DNA of 64,000 nucleotides from Pristiophorus japonicus (GCF_044704955.1 NC_091984.1:179366001-179430000); one strand, 5' to 3'. Counted from the stretch's first letter, positions 49,424 through 62,289 are shown. Program-made: numbers and translations. Notes: generated from the sequence alone by a model not told the origin.

Positions 49424-50389
49424 TGTGGATAAGTAAAATGGATATATGAAAATGTATAAGCCATGGAAAAATAACTAAGAGAATGTCAGATGGCAAATAA
49501 TACAACATCAGCACAATTAACAGACTGTCTCAAGGTTTTAAGCTACTAATCATGCCAGTAAAAATTGTAACATTTAGAAAAAATGCATAAGCTTTAGTAA
49601 AAACAGCTACTATAGATGTTGGCTCATGAGTGGACAATGGAAAGGAGGGAGCAAAAGGGGATAGGATGAACTAGGGTGTCACTTTAATTGTATCTTGTTA
49701 TCTTGTACCAAAAATTGTATAACTGTGTGTTTTCGCAATGTAAACTTACTTGTCCGTAGGAAGGGTGTACGCTCTATCAAGAGGGTACTCCTTCTGTCTG
49801 ATAAGTCTTGGCCGGCCGCTGAGAAATAAAGACTGCTTTGTTTAAAGCACAATCGGTGTTCGCGTCAGTGTATTCGGTGAAACAGATTGAAGGAAAAAAT
49901 GTGGATAAGTAAAATGGATATATGAAAATGTATAAGCCATGGAAAAATAACTAAGAGACTGTCAGATGGCAAATAATACAACATCAGCATAATTAACAGA
50001 CTGTCTCAAGGTTTTAAGCTACTAATCATGCCAGTAAAGATTGTAACATTTAGAAACAATGCATAAGCTTTAGTAAAAACAGCTACTATAGATGTTGGCT
50101 CATGAGTGGACAATGGAAAGGAGGGATCAAAAGGGGATAGGATGAACTAGGATGTCACTTTAATTGTATCTTGTTATCTTGTACCAAAAATTGTATAACT
50201 GTGTACTTTCACAATGTAAACTTACTTGTCCGTAGGAAGGGCGTACGCTCTATCAAGAGGGTACTCCTTCTGTCTGATAAATCTCGGCCGGCTGGTGAGA
50301 AATAAAGACTGCTTTGTTTCAAGCACAATCGGTGTTCGTGTCAGTGTATTCACTGAAACAGATTGAAGGAAAAAGAATCCGAATCAACA
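49424..50389 (+). repeat. Tandem 5' LTRs (49424-~49898, lacking the last ~15 nt; 49900-50389, complete)
   Basis: Both begin TGTGGATAAG; AATAAA in each; repeat of 59448-59936. Confidence 0.95.
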
Positions 50390-50391
50390 TT

Positions 50392-50409
50392 TGGTGTCAG
50401 AAGTGGGAT
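50392..50409 (+). promoter_or_regulatory. Primer-binding site, tRNA-Leu
   Basis: TGGTGTCAGAAGTGGGAT, 2 nt after the LTR. Confidence 0.88.
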
Positions 50410-50959
50410 CTCAACGGACAACTGCCGAAAACTTGCGAATTAAGAGCCAGACTAGCCTTGGATGAGATGAGGGGAAAGTGGCCACTGGAGTAAGTATACC
50501 TTCAATACTGCTCCAGTTTCCCCCAGTTTCAAAAGTCTGAGGAAAGTTTGGCCACTCGCTGGTTCTCAGGTAGAGTCTGAACGAGATCCAGGTCAATCAG
50601 GTGAATACCCTCTAAAACTTAGGATAAGTGTCCAAGTCAGGTGTGACGTCGATCTTGTATATCACTTGGCCCGTCTAGGCACTGATTGGATTTAAACTGC
50701 GCAGTGACGCGAAAGGATAGGGAAATCTGGAGACTAGAAGAAATTAGGTTCAGAAGAAATTAAATTAGGCTCACAGGGAGTTAAGTAAGGCGTATTAGGC
50801 TCACAGGGAATTAAGTAAGGCTTATGTGGAATTAAGTAAGGTTCATAGGGGAAAAGTGTCCAAGTCAGGTATGACATCGACCTTGTATATCACTTGGCCC
50901 GTCTAGGCACTGATTGGATTCAAATCGCACGGCAACACAGAAAGTCGGACTAGATAGGG

Positions 50960-51908
50960 CTAGATCGCGCTGACGCGAGATTGCGAGGTAACGCGAACCG
51001 CGGGCCGACCGACGCGATCTGCAGGACGACCGACGCGAACCGCGGGCCGACACAAGATTGAGAGGTAACGCGAACCGCGGGCCGACCAACGTGAACCGCG
51101 GGCCGACCGACGTGAACCGCGGGCCGACGCGTGATTGCGAGGTAACGCGAACCACGGGCCGACCGACGCGAACCGCGGGCCGATGCGTGATTGTGAGGTA
51201 ACGCGAACCGCGGGCCGACCGACGCGAACTGCGGCCCGACCGACGCTAACCGCAGGCCGACCGACGCGAACCGCGGGCCGACACGAGATTGCGAGGTAAC
51301 GCGAACCACGGGCGCAGCGACATGAACCGCGGGGTGATGCAATCGCGCAGCGACATGAACCGCGGGGTGATGCAATCGCGCAGCGACGCGAACCGCGGGC
51401 CGACGCGTGATTACGAGGTAACGCGAACCGCAGGCCAACCGACGCGAACTGCGGGCCGACCGACGCTAACCGTGGGCCGACCGACGCGAACCGTGGGCCG
51501 ACACGAGATTGCGAGGTAACGCGAACCACGGGCGCAGCGACATGAACCGCAGGGTGACGCAATCGCGCAGCGACGCGAACTGCGGGGTGACGCAATCGCG
51601 CAGCGACGCGAACCGCGGGGTGACGCAATCGCACAGCGACGCGAACCGCGGGGCGATGTGGGAAATAGAGTTAGTTTAGAGAGGATTAGATAGAATCGCA
51701 TGGTGATGCAAACCGCGGGGCGACGCAGGAGATAGAGTTAGTTTAGATAGGATTAGTTCAGATTAGATAGAATCGCGCAGCGACGCGAACCGCGGGGCGA
51801 TGCGAGAGATAGAGTTAGTTTAGAGAGGATTAGATAGAATCGCGCGGCGACGCGAACCGCGGGGCGATGCGGGCGATAGAGTTAGTTTAGATAGGATTAG
51901 TTCAGATT
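50960..51908 (+). repeat. CpG-rich compound tandem repeat in the ERV leader
   Basis: Units built on CGCGAACCGCGGG with alternative spacers (CCGACCGA; CCGACACGAGATTGCGAGGTAA; GTGACGCAATCGCGCAGCGA; GATAGAGTTAGTTTAGA...). Confidence 0.92.
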
Positions 51909-51911
51909 AAA

Positions 51912-53850
51912 ATGGATAATTAGTTAGATAAAACCACGGATGCGGGTAGTCCGCTACAAAAGTTACGTGAGGAATTCCCTGAAAGAGCTGAACAATTTAG
52001 AAAATTATCTGGAGCCCTGAACAAATTATTAGGAGATGACCAATGGCCCCTAGAAGCGTGGAGGTAGCAAAAAGGGCACAGGGATTGATTTGGAGAAGGG
52101 GACGAGGGAAAAGGGACAAGAATTTAATTGCCACGTGGCGACATTATTGTCAAAAATTGAAAGATGCATCACTTCTGTCAAGTTGGCAGGAAAACGCCAT
52201 TAAATTAGGATTACCATTGACAGAAGGAGGACATGTTAAAACCATAGACGTCTTAAAAAAAGAATGCGCGCATGAAAAACTTACTAAGAGATCCACTGGG
52301 ACCTCTGAGAAAGGTATTGACTGACTACGTAGTCAAATGGCTGGCTTTGCGTTGACCAAGGCTGATGATGAAATTGATGAATGGTCACTGACTCGGCGCC
52401 CAACGGCGCCTCCCGCATCCCTTAGCCCCTTGCCCCAGTCCTCTTCCCATCCCCCCCCCACCTTACACTCCGGCGAGAGGAGTTAAAGATAAATGTAACC
52501 CCACATCAACGAAACAACAAGCCCAAACTGACTCCTCCTCCTCTGATAGCGATTCGGATTCCCAGTTCACAGACAATATAGCTGGGAGGACCAGATCTCA
52601 CACCCAGAAGGGCAGAACTATATCTCGACATCACAGACAGTCCCATAAATCTTCTAGTCAATCTACCAGTCCCGGTTGTGAAAGGCATAGCAAACACTCC
52701 CGCCGATCGAGACGCGGAATTGTCGAGCAGTCAGACAGCTCTGAAACATCCTCCAACCTAGAAATCCCAAAGTCCCGACACCAATTCCCAGTCCGACCAA
52801 TGCCAAACCCTGATGCACAAGAAGCCGCAAACCACCCCACAATAGATGTCTATGTGCCCTGGAAACCGAATGAAATTATGGCCCTTATGGTCAGTATACC
52901 AGATCGAAAAAAAGAACCGATAAAATTTATAGATTATCTTCGAACTACTATTTCAGTTTATAATGCAGAATCAAGGGACCTGTGGGCCTTGGTAAAGCAA
53001 ATCCTGAGCCCAACTGAGCATACCCGATTTCTAACTCACCTAAGACGTGCTACTCATGATGCATTGGTGGTTGCTCACCCTAACGATGTCCATGATCGCC
53101 TAAATGCTATCTTTAATGCTCTCACCACGACCCTTCAGAAGCCCATCAGTATGGCCGCAGTATTAGAAACTAAACCCAAACGAGAAGAAACTGCCGATGA
53201 ATTCATGGAAAGATTTATTGAAATATACGGCAGTCAATCAGGAGATAATGCCTTCAGGGAAGAAGAGGATTCTCCTCAATTCTGCGCTATCCTACTTCAG
53301 TGCCTGCCCCTATTCAATTGCTCACGCTATCCGGACAAATAATATGAATTGGGCAGATAACAGTAAAGCCCAAATGGAAAGGGCAGGTAAATATTACTGG
53401 CAGGAAAAGAAAGGAGAGGGGGGAGGGGCAGGTGCGCCCACAACCCGGGTCAAGGCTAAATACGTGACTAAGAAAGAAGAACCGTCTCAGGTGGAAGAAC
53501 CAAAACCCGACCCAAGGGGATACCAGATGGAACCGCAGTATTGTGTGCAGGGTTGGGTGGATAAACAAGGATACGGTTATATCAAACACCAAAATGGCCC
53601 GGACCCTGCTAGTTACGGACCGTCCTATTGTCCCCGGCCTAGTATGGGAGGAGGTCGGGGTTGGGTGAGAGGAAATGAATGCTTTAATTGTGGGCTAGAA
53701 GGACATTGGAATAAAAATTGTCCCTACCGTCAGCACGAAAAAGGAAGAGGAGGAAGAGGAGGGGGGCAAGGGGGGAGAGGACGAGGATCTTACACTAACT
53801 TCTCCCAGAACAATCCCTTTGGCCAATCGTCCACCGATTATTCGTATTGA
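51912..53850 (+). pseudogene. gag: ERV gag (stops and frameshifts)
   Basis: MDN*LDK...QWPLE; PTAPP; YVPWKPNE...ETADEFMERF; CFNCGLEGHWNKNC; RGG-rich tail; TGA 53848-53850. Confidence 0.88.
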
Positions 53851-56800
53851 CTATGTAGCTTGATTTTGCAGGGACCCTCCCCAGACGACGAACCGATGAT
53901 ATTGTTAAAAGTTCTGAATAAGTGGCAACCCTTCTTGATAGATACGGGAGCCTTCATGTCCTCTGTACAATCAAAACTTAAACTCCCTGCCTCCACGAAA
54001 ACACAGGGACTGTCAGGATTCCTGGGACAAGTCTCTACATTCCCGGTGTCAGGACCGGTTGAAGTGGGTTACCAGGAAGAATCGATGGAACATCAATTTG
54101 TTATTGCTACCAATCTGGACTGTAACTTGATGGCTAGAGACCTCCTCTGCAAATTCCAATTACATTTAGAGTGTGGAGATGATGGAATTATTGTAAAACA
54201 AGGAATCCTTAAGCGGCAGTATAATACCACTAGAACCCCTCAGCGGTGGTCTCTGGACCTGCCGCAGGCACCCTATCACGTGACCCTAGCATACGATCCC
54301 AGTGGAAAGAATCAGGACCTACAGAACTTTTATCAGGATCACGAAGGGGAAGTGAAGGAAATTCTATTAAGGGCTAGACTGACTAGACCGGAAGGGAAGG
54401 CAGATTTGTGGAAATGGATAAGAATCTGTGGAGATGATCCCCAGTGGTGGCACCACATATCATTCGTGAAGTATTAGCCTCTCACCACGCTAATGATATG
54501 GGAGTTATGGTGCGCCAGGCTATAGACGAGGCTGACCCTACCAGTCGGGATGTGCAAATTGTGAAACATGCTCGAAAAGTCCAATTCCACGGGAACCCCG
54601 AGAAGGTCTTAACGACTCTGCAGCATCACACTGGCTCGGACATACTTGACTATGTGGATCCCCATGTGTGGGCAGAGGACCCATCCCAAGTGGATTATAC
54701 TCCTATTGATCCGATTGAAATCTCAGTACAGGGCAATGTGGACTGGCCTTCCATCCGACAGTACCCACTGAAGTCACAGGCAATACCAAGTATCCACCGA
54801 TTGATTAAGGGTCTAGTAGAACAGGGGATTTTGGTCCAATGCCAGTCCCCGTGTAATACTCCTATACTGGCAGTCCCTAAGCCAGGCAGACCAAACGAAT
54901 ACCGTTTGGTTCAAGACCTTCGAGCTATCAATGCTATCGTCCAGCCCCTGCACGCTCTGATTCCCAACCCAGCGCAGATACTGTCAATAATCCCAGCAAA
55001 CGCCAAGATCTTCGCAAAAATAGATCTTCAGCATGCTTTCTTTGCTTTGCCGCTAGCCCAGACAAGTCAGTACCTATTCGCCTTCACTTGCCAGGGACAG
55101 CAATATACCTGGACTAGACTACTCCAAGGGTTCATCCACTCCCCGACCTTATTCTCAAGGTGCCTGCAGAAACAGTTACAATCCCTCACGCTGACTAAGG
55201 GATCCACTTTAATTCAGTATGTGGACGATTTACTGATAGCCAGCGCAGATGAACCAAGTAATAGGGAGGATGCTAATCAGTTATTGAATTACTTGTCCTC
55301 CCTGGGATACATAGTTTCCCCGTCAAAGGTCAAAATTGGCCAGTCTCAAGTCAAATTTCTTGGGATCATTTTATCAGGCACCCACCGAACCTTGGAGGCT
55401 AGTCGAATCGAACCCAACTGCCAGTTTCCAGTCCCTAGCACAGCTAGACAAATGCGGCAGTGACTGGGTATGATAAATTACTGTAGATCCTGGATCCCTA
55501 ATGCTGCCCTGATGACCAAGCAACTCACACCATACACTACCAAGGAAGGCAGCTTTGAAATAGAAACCACAGACGTCCGAGCCTTTAAGCAACTAAAAAC
55601 AGCCCTGCTGCAAGCTCCGGCTTTGGGCCGGCCCCTCTATGACCGGCCCTTTCAACTGTATTGTACGATCTTGAAAGATTGTGCTACCGCTGTCTTAACT
55701 CAGAAACATGGGGATAAGCATAGGCCTGTTGCCTACTATTCTTCTAAAATAGACCCTGTTGCCTTGGGACACCCAGTATGTACTCAAATATTAACTGCCA
55801 TCTACAATAGCCTTCAATCTGCCGCCAACCTCACCCTCCAGCAGGATATTGTTGTATATACCTCTCACTCCGTAGCTGCCCTCTTGGGTCAACTGCAGAC
55901 TCAACATCTTACCATGGCCAGGCAGAGTAGATATGAAATCTACCTGCTAAATAATCCAAGGCTAACCTTTCGGCACTGTACTGCCACTAATCCGGCCTGT
56001 TTTCTGACCAAGCCACCCCAAGATGAGGAAGAAACGAGTCATGACTGTTTATCTTTAATTAAAGAAGCTAACTCGGTCAGGGAAGATTTAGTTGATGTAC
56101 CAATGGAGGACGCTGACTGTACTATGTATGTTGACGGAAGTTCTTCCATTGACCCAGAAGGCACACGAAATTCAGGATACGCTATAGTAGACCAGGAGAA
56201 TCAGGTCCTGGAATCTGCCGCTTTTGAGACCGCCTATTCTGCTCAACAAGCTGAACTATTTGCCCTCACCCGAGCCTGTATCTTGGCTAAAAACCTCAAG
56301 GTCAATATCTATACTTACTCTGGGTATGCCTTTGGAGTAGCCCATGATTTCGGACAATTACGGAAGAATAGGGGATTCCTAACTTCACAGGGGAATAAGA
56401 TATCCCATAAGCAGCTAGTATCTGACTTGTTGCAAGCCTTCATGCTCCCCAAGTGCATTGCCATTGTCAAATGTACCGCCCACACTACCGGAAAATCTCC
56501 ACTTGATATAGGAAACCGCTGTGCTGACCAAGAGGCCAAACAGGCCTCTCGTGAACAACAAATGGTAGTGCCCAGAATGATGAGTCAAACTAAAAATCCT
56601 GCAAAGGATAAGTTAGCCTCGGAAAAACCAATGCCAACCATCCAAGATGTCATTAAAGCACAGGAGGACGCTCCTGAAAGAGATAAACTGTTGTGGAAAG
56701 ATTATGGATGTACTTATGACAATGCCTCTAAACTCTGGACCACTCCCGCGGAACAGACTTGCATGTCTGACGAGTTGGCTCTATGGGTTATTGAATGTAT

Positions 56801-57770
56801 ACATTTTGCTACTCATTGTGGAGCAAGGACAACAAGTGATACGCTTTTGGCTACTTGGTGGCACCCTAGACTCCAGGCTTTGGCCCAGAACATCAGTAGT
56901 CGTTGCCTTGTTTGCCAACAACATAATCCAGGGAAAGGAGTCCCCTGTGATTCGGGTAAGACGCCACTACCACAAGATCCTTTTGAGACCTTGCAGTTGG
57001 ACTACATTGAGTTGCAAAAGGTTCAGTGTTACAAATATGTATTAGTAATAGTGGATGTGTTCAGCAAATGGATCGAAGCTTACCCTACCCTGGACAATAA
57101 GGCTCAAACTGTTGTTAAAGTGTTAATGAGGGAAATTGTTCCTATATATGGTATCCCTGCTCGACTGAGTTCCGATAATGGCCCTCACTTTATTGGCCAA
57201 GTTAACAAAGAATTCTGTTCCCAGATGCGCATTAACCAGCAGCTGCATTGCGCCTACCGACCCCAAGCTGCGGGATTAGTTGAACGTGCTAATCAAACTC
57301 TTAAAACCAAGCTTGCAAAACTGGTAGCATCAACCGGACTCAATTGGCTTAAACTCCTTCCCATAGCCCTATTCCAGATTCGCACTACTCCTACCGGTAA
57401 GGCTAGGCTGACCCCCGCTGAGATCATTTATGGTAGACCCCTTAGGACCCCCTGGAATCCGAATGTACCCTCCACTGTCAAGTTCCACCACATGACTGAG
57501 GAGATGACCACCTATATTCTTTCCTTGACTCAGGCCCTGCGAATAGCCCATAACCAGGTTCGAGATGCTCACCTCGACCTCCCAGTTTTACCCAAATCAT
57601 CCCTCGTGGTCCCAGGGAAGTATGTCCTGATTAAGAAATGGATTCGAAAGCGATTAGAGCCACGATGGGAAGGGCCTTTTCAGGTGTTACTCACTACCCC
57701 TACAGCAGCCAAGGTTGAGGCGAAAAATGCCTGGGTTCACCTGCACCACTGCAAGCTCACCACCCTCTAA
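53851..57770 (+). pseudogene. pol: ERV pro-pol: protease, 2H-like insert, RT, tether, RNase H, integrase
   Basis: FLIDTGA...NLMARDLL; YRLVQDLR; QYVDDLL (55218-55229); MYVDGSS...QQAEL; HHCC; QLDYI...SSDNG...GLVER; frameshift ~54405, stop 55461-55463. Confidence 0.95.
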
Positions 57771-57962
57771 CAAACCTATTTTACTGGTTATTCTAATTCC
57801 TGTCTCTGTTCCAGATTTCCTCTTCTTCATAGCTGAACAAGGCCATCGACATCCTAATAGACAGCCAGCTACAGCGACAGCTACACCACAAGCTACACCA
57901 CAGTGACCTGAGAAGAAGGACGAGAAAACTGAACTCTATTTAATTGAATTCTGAGCCTTAAG

Positions 57963-59411
57963 ATGAAACCATGTCTGTTTTCCACAGTCTTTATAATGGT
58001 ATGGATATATGACAGTTTCGGCGCATGGGAAGGGAGACAGAGACGAGAGCTCCATGTAAACACCTTTTTGTATATGTCTTACGTTTATGCGCAAAATGGG
58101 AACGTTTCTGGATGCTGGGTGTGTTCACATATCCCTATACATTCCAAAGGGGGAATTCCTTTGTGCACCGTTCCACTGACCCTAACTGAGACTGTCAGAT
58201 GGATTCAAAGCCAAACTATCATGAGAGGAGGGGGGCCAATACAAGTACGAGTGATGAAAGGCGGATCAAAAGAGGGATCACGGAGACCAGGAGGAATATC
58301 ATACCGTTACCGCATGAACATCCACGGGGAGGTCACCGACTGGGAGAGTGCTGGAGATCCCATTAGTCAGACATTTCAGGGATGGAACCAACCAACCTAC
58401 AACCGTGAAAAGGAACCCCCATTCATAGCCCTGACCAATATCTCAGGGATTGGGAGGCCAACCGGGGACATATGTCTAACCCGAAATGACACCAGTAACA
58501 GGGGACATATTTTAGGGTACAGCAATTGCCCACACAGTCTCGACCTCACCACAGGTGCACGAGTCACCATCCACTCTCACGATCCAAATAACGCAAGTGG
58601 AAGTGTGTGGGCCCAGTCCTGGGACCCAGAGACAATATATCAGAAAGCAGCTTTTAACAGCACGTATTTCATGTGCGGTCATAAGGCATATCCTTGGTTG
58701 CCTAGGCGATGGACAGGGTCCTGCTATCTGGGATATGTGGTGCCATTTGTGCGGCAAGTACATACCCTGGCGGAAGCACATGCCTCCAGCCGATACAAGC
58801 GAGCCATCACCCCCATCGACAAGTTCTTTGGGGTCATGATGTTCCCTTTCGGGATAAGATGTCTCATGGATGAAGTACAGAACCTAGAGACGATATTGGA
58901 ACAGATAGCTAACTATACTGCTGAAGCTCTGGAGGGCATCACAGCTGAAATGGTTGCAATAAGGACCGTAGCATTACAAAATCGAATGTCCCTCGATTAC
59001 CTTTTAGCTGAGAAAGGTGGAACGTGTGCCCTGATAGGATCTGAATGTTGCACTTACATCCCCGATAATTCAGAAAACATAGCCAATCTCGTTGATCACA
59101 TAAGAAGGGAGGTAAAGAAGTTATCCACCCCTGCAAGAGGAGTAGGCTGGTTTGATTAGCTGTTAGGTGGATCTTGGGGATCGTATCTAATGCATGGAGC
59201 AGTTATTCTCATCGGAATAATAATTACCTGTTGCTTGATTATTGGTTGCTTTAACCTTTGTGGTAAAGTCATGATGGCAAGGTTAGCAAACCCTCTGGTG
59301 GTCAAGGGGTCCCGGGTTATGATCCAACGAACTAAAGAACTATTCGACAATAACAACAATATAATTCAAGAAATAGAGTGTGAACGGATTAATGCAATAC
59401 TCCTAGAATGA
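57963..59411 (+). pseudogene. env: ERV gamma-type env with one premature stop (59157-59159)
   Basis: Acceptor at 57814; signal peptide; CWVC; RYKR furin site; LQNRMSLDYLLAEKGGTC ISD; CX6CC; membrane anchor VILIGIIITCCLII in the same frame after the stop. Confidence 0.93.
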
Positions 59412-59435
59412 TCCTAAATGTTATCATGGAATGAT

Positions 59436-59447
59436 AAAAGGGAGGAA
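59436..59447 (+). promoter_or_regulatory. Polypurine tract
   Basis: AAAAGGGAGGAA directly before the 3' LTR. Confidence 0.88.
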
Positions 59448-59936
59448 TGTGGATAAGTAAAATGGATATATGAAAATGTATAAGCCATGGAAAAATAACT
59501 AAGAGAATGTCAGATGGCAAATAATACAACATCACCACAATTAACAGACTCTCTCAAGGTTTTAAGCTACTAATCATGCCAGTAAAAATTGTAACATTTA
59601 GAAACAATGCATAAGCTTTAGTAAAAACAGCTACTATAGATGTTGGCTCATGAGTGGACAATGGAAAGGAGGGACCAAAAGGGAATAGGATGAACTAGGA
59701 TGTCACTCTAATTGTATCTTGTTATCTTGTACCAAAAATTGTATAACTGTGTGCTTTCGCAATGTAAACTTACTTGTCCGTAGGAAGGGTGTACGCTCTA
59801 TCAAGAGGGTACTCCTTCTGTCTGATAAGTCTCGGCCGGCCGGTGAGAAATAAAGACTGCTTTGTTTAAAGCACAATCGGTGTTCACGTCAGTGTATTAC
59901 TGAAACAGATTGAAGGAAAAAGAATCCGAATCAACA
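59448..59936 (+). repeat. 3' LTR of ERV
   Basis: TG...CA, 489 bp, followed by TSD. Confidence 0.95.
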
Positions 59937-60312
59937 TACTCACCAACCTAATTTAGCTGCTGGTCCACCAATGCCTCGAAGTTCAAAATCTCATCCTCAT
60001 GTTCAACTCCCTCCATTGTCTCGCCCTTTCCTATCTGTGTAACCTTCTCAAGACAGATAAACTTTTGCCAAACCAACTGCTACCCGGTTCCTGCATGTTA
60101 AGCTTCCATTACGTGGTATTTGTATTAGACTAACACGTAATGTTAATATAGTAATTATGCCATGAAGGCATCATCTGGGAAGTGTGGATAATATTGCACC
60201 ATGTATCATTAATGTTAGCGATCAGAGCAAGCATTAAACCTTTAATATGCATTTTTCCTGGCTAACCTGAATCCACAGCAGGCCAGGTAGTCATGCCAGG
60301 ATGTAACTAGCA

Positions 60313-61530
60313 GACTGGGCAAAGGAGAACCAGTGGATGTGGTGTATTTGTACTTTTAAAAGGCTTTTGACGATGTCCCACACAAGAGATTAGTGTGCAA
60401 AATTAAAGCACATGGTATTGGGGGTAATGTACTGACGTGGATAGAGAACTGCTTGCAGACAGGAAGCAGAGATTGGGAATAAACGGATCCTTCTCAGAAT
60501 GGCAGGCAGTGACCAGTGGGGTGCTGCAGGATTCAGTGCTGGGACCCCAGCTATTTACATTATATTACAATGATTTAGATGAAGGAATTGAATGTAATAT
60601 CTCCAAGTTTGCAGATGACACTAAGCTGGGTGGGAATTGAGCTGTGAGGAGGAGGCTAAGAGGCTGCAGGGTGACTTGGACAAGTTAGGTAAGTTGGCAA
60701 ATGCATGGCAGATCCAATATAATGTGGAGAAATGTGAGGTTATCCACTTTGGTGGCAAAAACATGAAGACAAAATATTATCTAAATAGTGCCAAATTAGT
60801 AAAAAGGGAGGTGCAACGAGATCTGGGTGTCATGGTACATTAGTCATTATAGTTTGGCATGCAGGTACAGCAGGTGGTGAAGAAGGCAAATGGCATGTTG
60901 GCCTTCATAGCTAGAGGATTTGAGTATAGGAGCAGGAAGATCTTATTGCAGTTGTACAGAGCCTTGGTGAGGCCACACCTGGAATATTGTATTCAGTTTT
61001 GGTCTCCTAATCTGAGGAGGGACGTTCTTGCTATTGAGAGAGTTCAGCGAAGGTTCACCAGTCTGATTCGTGGAATGGCAGGATTGACATATGAGGAGAG
61101 ACTGGATCAACTGGGCTTGTATCCACTGGAGTTTAGAAGAATGAGAGGGGATCTCATAGAAACATATAAAATTCTGACGGGATTGGACAGGTTAGAGGCA
61201 GAAAGAATGTTCTCGTTGCTGGGGAGTTCCAGAACCAGGAGTCACAGTCTAAGAATAAGTGGTAAGCCATTTAGGACCAAGATGAGGAGAAATTTCCTGT
61301 GCAATTCTCTACCACAGAAAGTTGTTGAGGCCAGTTCGTTAGATATATTCAAAAGGGAGTTCGTTATGGCTCTTATGGCCAAAGGCATTAAGGGATATGG
61401 AGAGAAAGCAGGAAAGGGTTACTGAGGTTGAATGATCAGCCATGATCTTATTGAATGGCGGTGCAGGCTTGACGGGCCGAATGGCCTGTTCCTGCACCTA
61501 ATTTTTATGTTTCTATGTTTCTATGCTTCT
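60313..61530 (+). mobile_element. CR1 LINE, same subfamily as 8045-10261
   Basis: KFADDTKLGG, LVRPHLEYCIQFW, (TTTCTATG)n tail. Confidence 0.92.
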
Positions 61531-62289
61531 AAGCTATTTAAGCTTTTTTCCCAGGAGACTATCGTAAGGGAACGACTGAACCAAGTAAGCGTGGTAAATT
61601 AAATGGTGCTGGGTGAAATGGAACTGTTAGAGTATGTTACAGGCTGTTGGTATAGAGACTTTCACTATATCCACTGCTTCCAGCAGCACAGTTGCCACAT
61701 GTTCTCTATATGTGATGCTTGCTTAATTTCTGTAAATAAATTTAGTTAGTTCATCCCGGTTTCCGCTTCTGGTTCATAACTAGTATAAGATCCCCTCGTG
61801 GAAAGTGTGGTGAGAAGGTTGAAAGAGTGAACAACTCATTACAATGCCTCAAAATTACACCATACTGGTGGCAGCAAACTGTGACAGGCATTTGTTCCAC
61901 ACCATGCTGAATAAAAATATATGGGAGTGACAGCTTTATCAAATATACTTCGACAACAATAGGCTAAGAGATCTAACGGCATTATGCTTCCAATCTGTAA
62001 TCGTATGTTTTATCAATCAATTATTATAACGCAGACAATATAACTACGGTGTGAAACGCATGTCGTGAGCACAAGGAGGCCTCGTTAAAATTTATCTTTA
62101 CAGAACCTCAAGTCTGAAACTGTACGTGGGGAGATACGTCAAGGAGATTCATTCAATAATATTGAGCCGCTGGTTTACGTGAAAGAGTAAGCGAAATTCT
62201 ATTATAATTACACAGGATTCAGGAACTTTAAGCTGTTATGCGAATAACATTCAGCGATTCATGTGAAAACCACAAAACAGCTTTCCAGT

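Larger units (their letters stand above)
49424..59936 (+). mobile_element. Full-length defective class I (epsilon/gamma-like) endogenous retrovirus with three LTRs
   Basis: TSD TACT (49420-49423, 59937-59940); TG...CA LTRs, PBS, PPT, gag-pro-pol-env; inserted in an old L2 fragment. Confidence 0.95.

Noticed and set aside
50865-51701. Long Arg/Pro/Ala-rich ORFs on the - strand
   Set aside because: Products of the GC-rich tandem repeat, which is stop-poor in several frames; no domain signal.
50960-51908. CRISPR-like repeat/spacer appearance
   Set aside because: Spacers are themselves repeated rather than unique, the context is eukaryotic and retroviral, and there are no cas genes.
54430-59159. 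APOBEC/AID-type hypermutation suggested by Trp-codon stops in the ERV
   Set aside because: Too few sites and inconsistent dinucleotide contexts; ordinary decay suffices.
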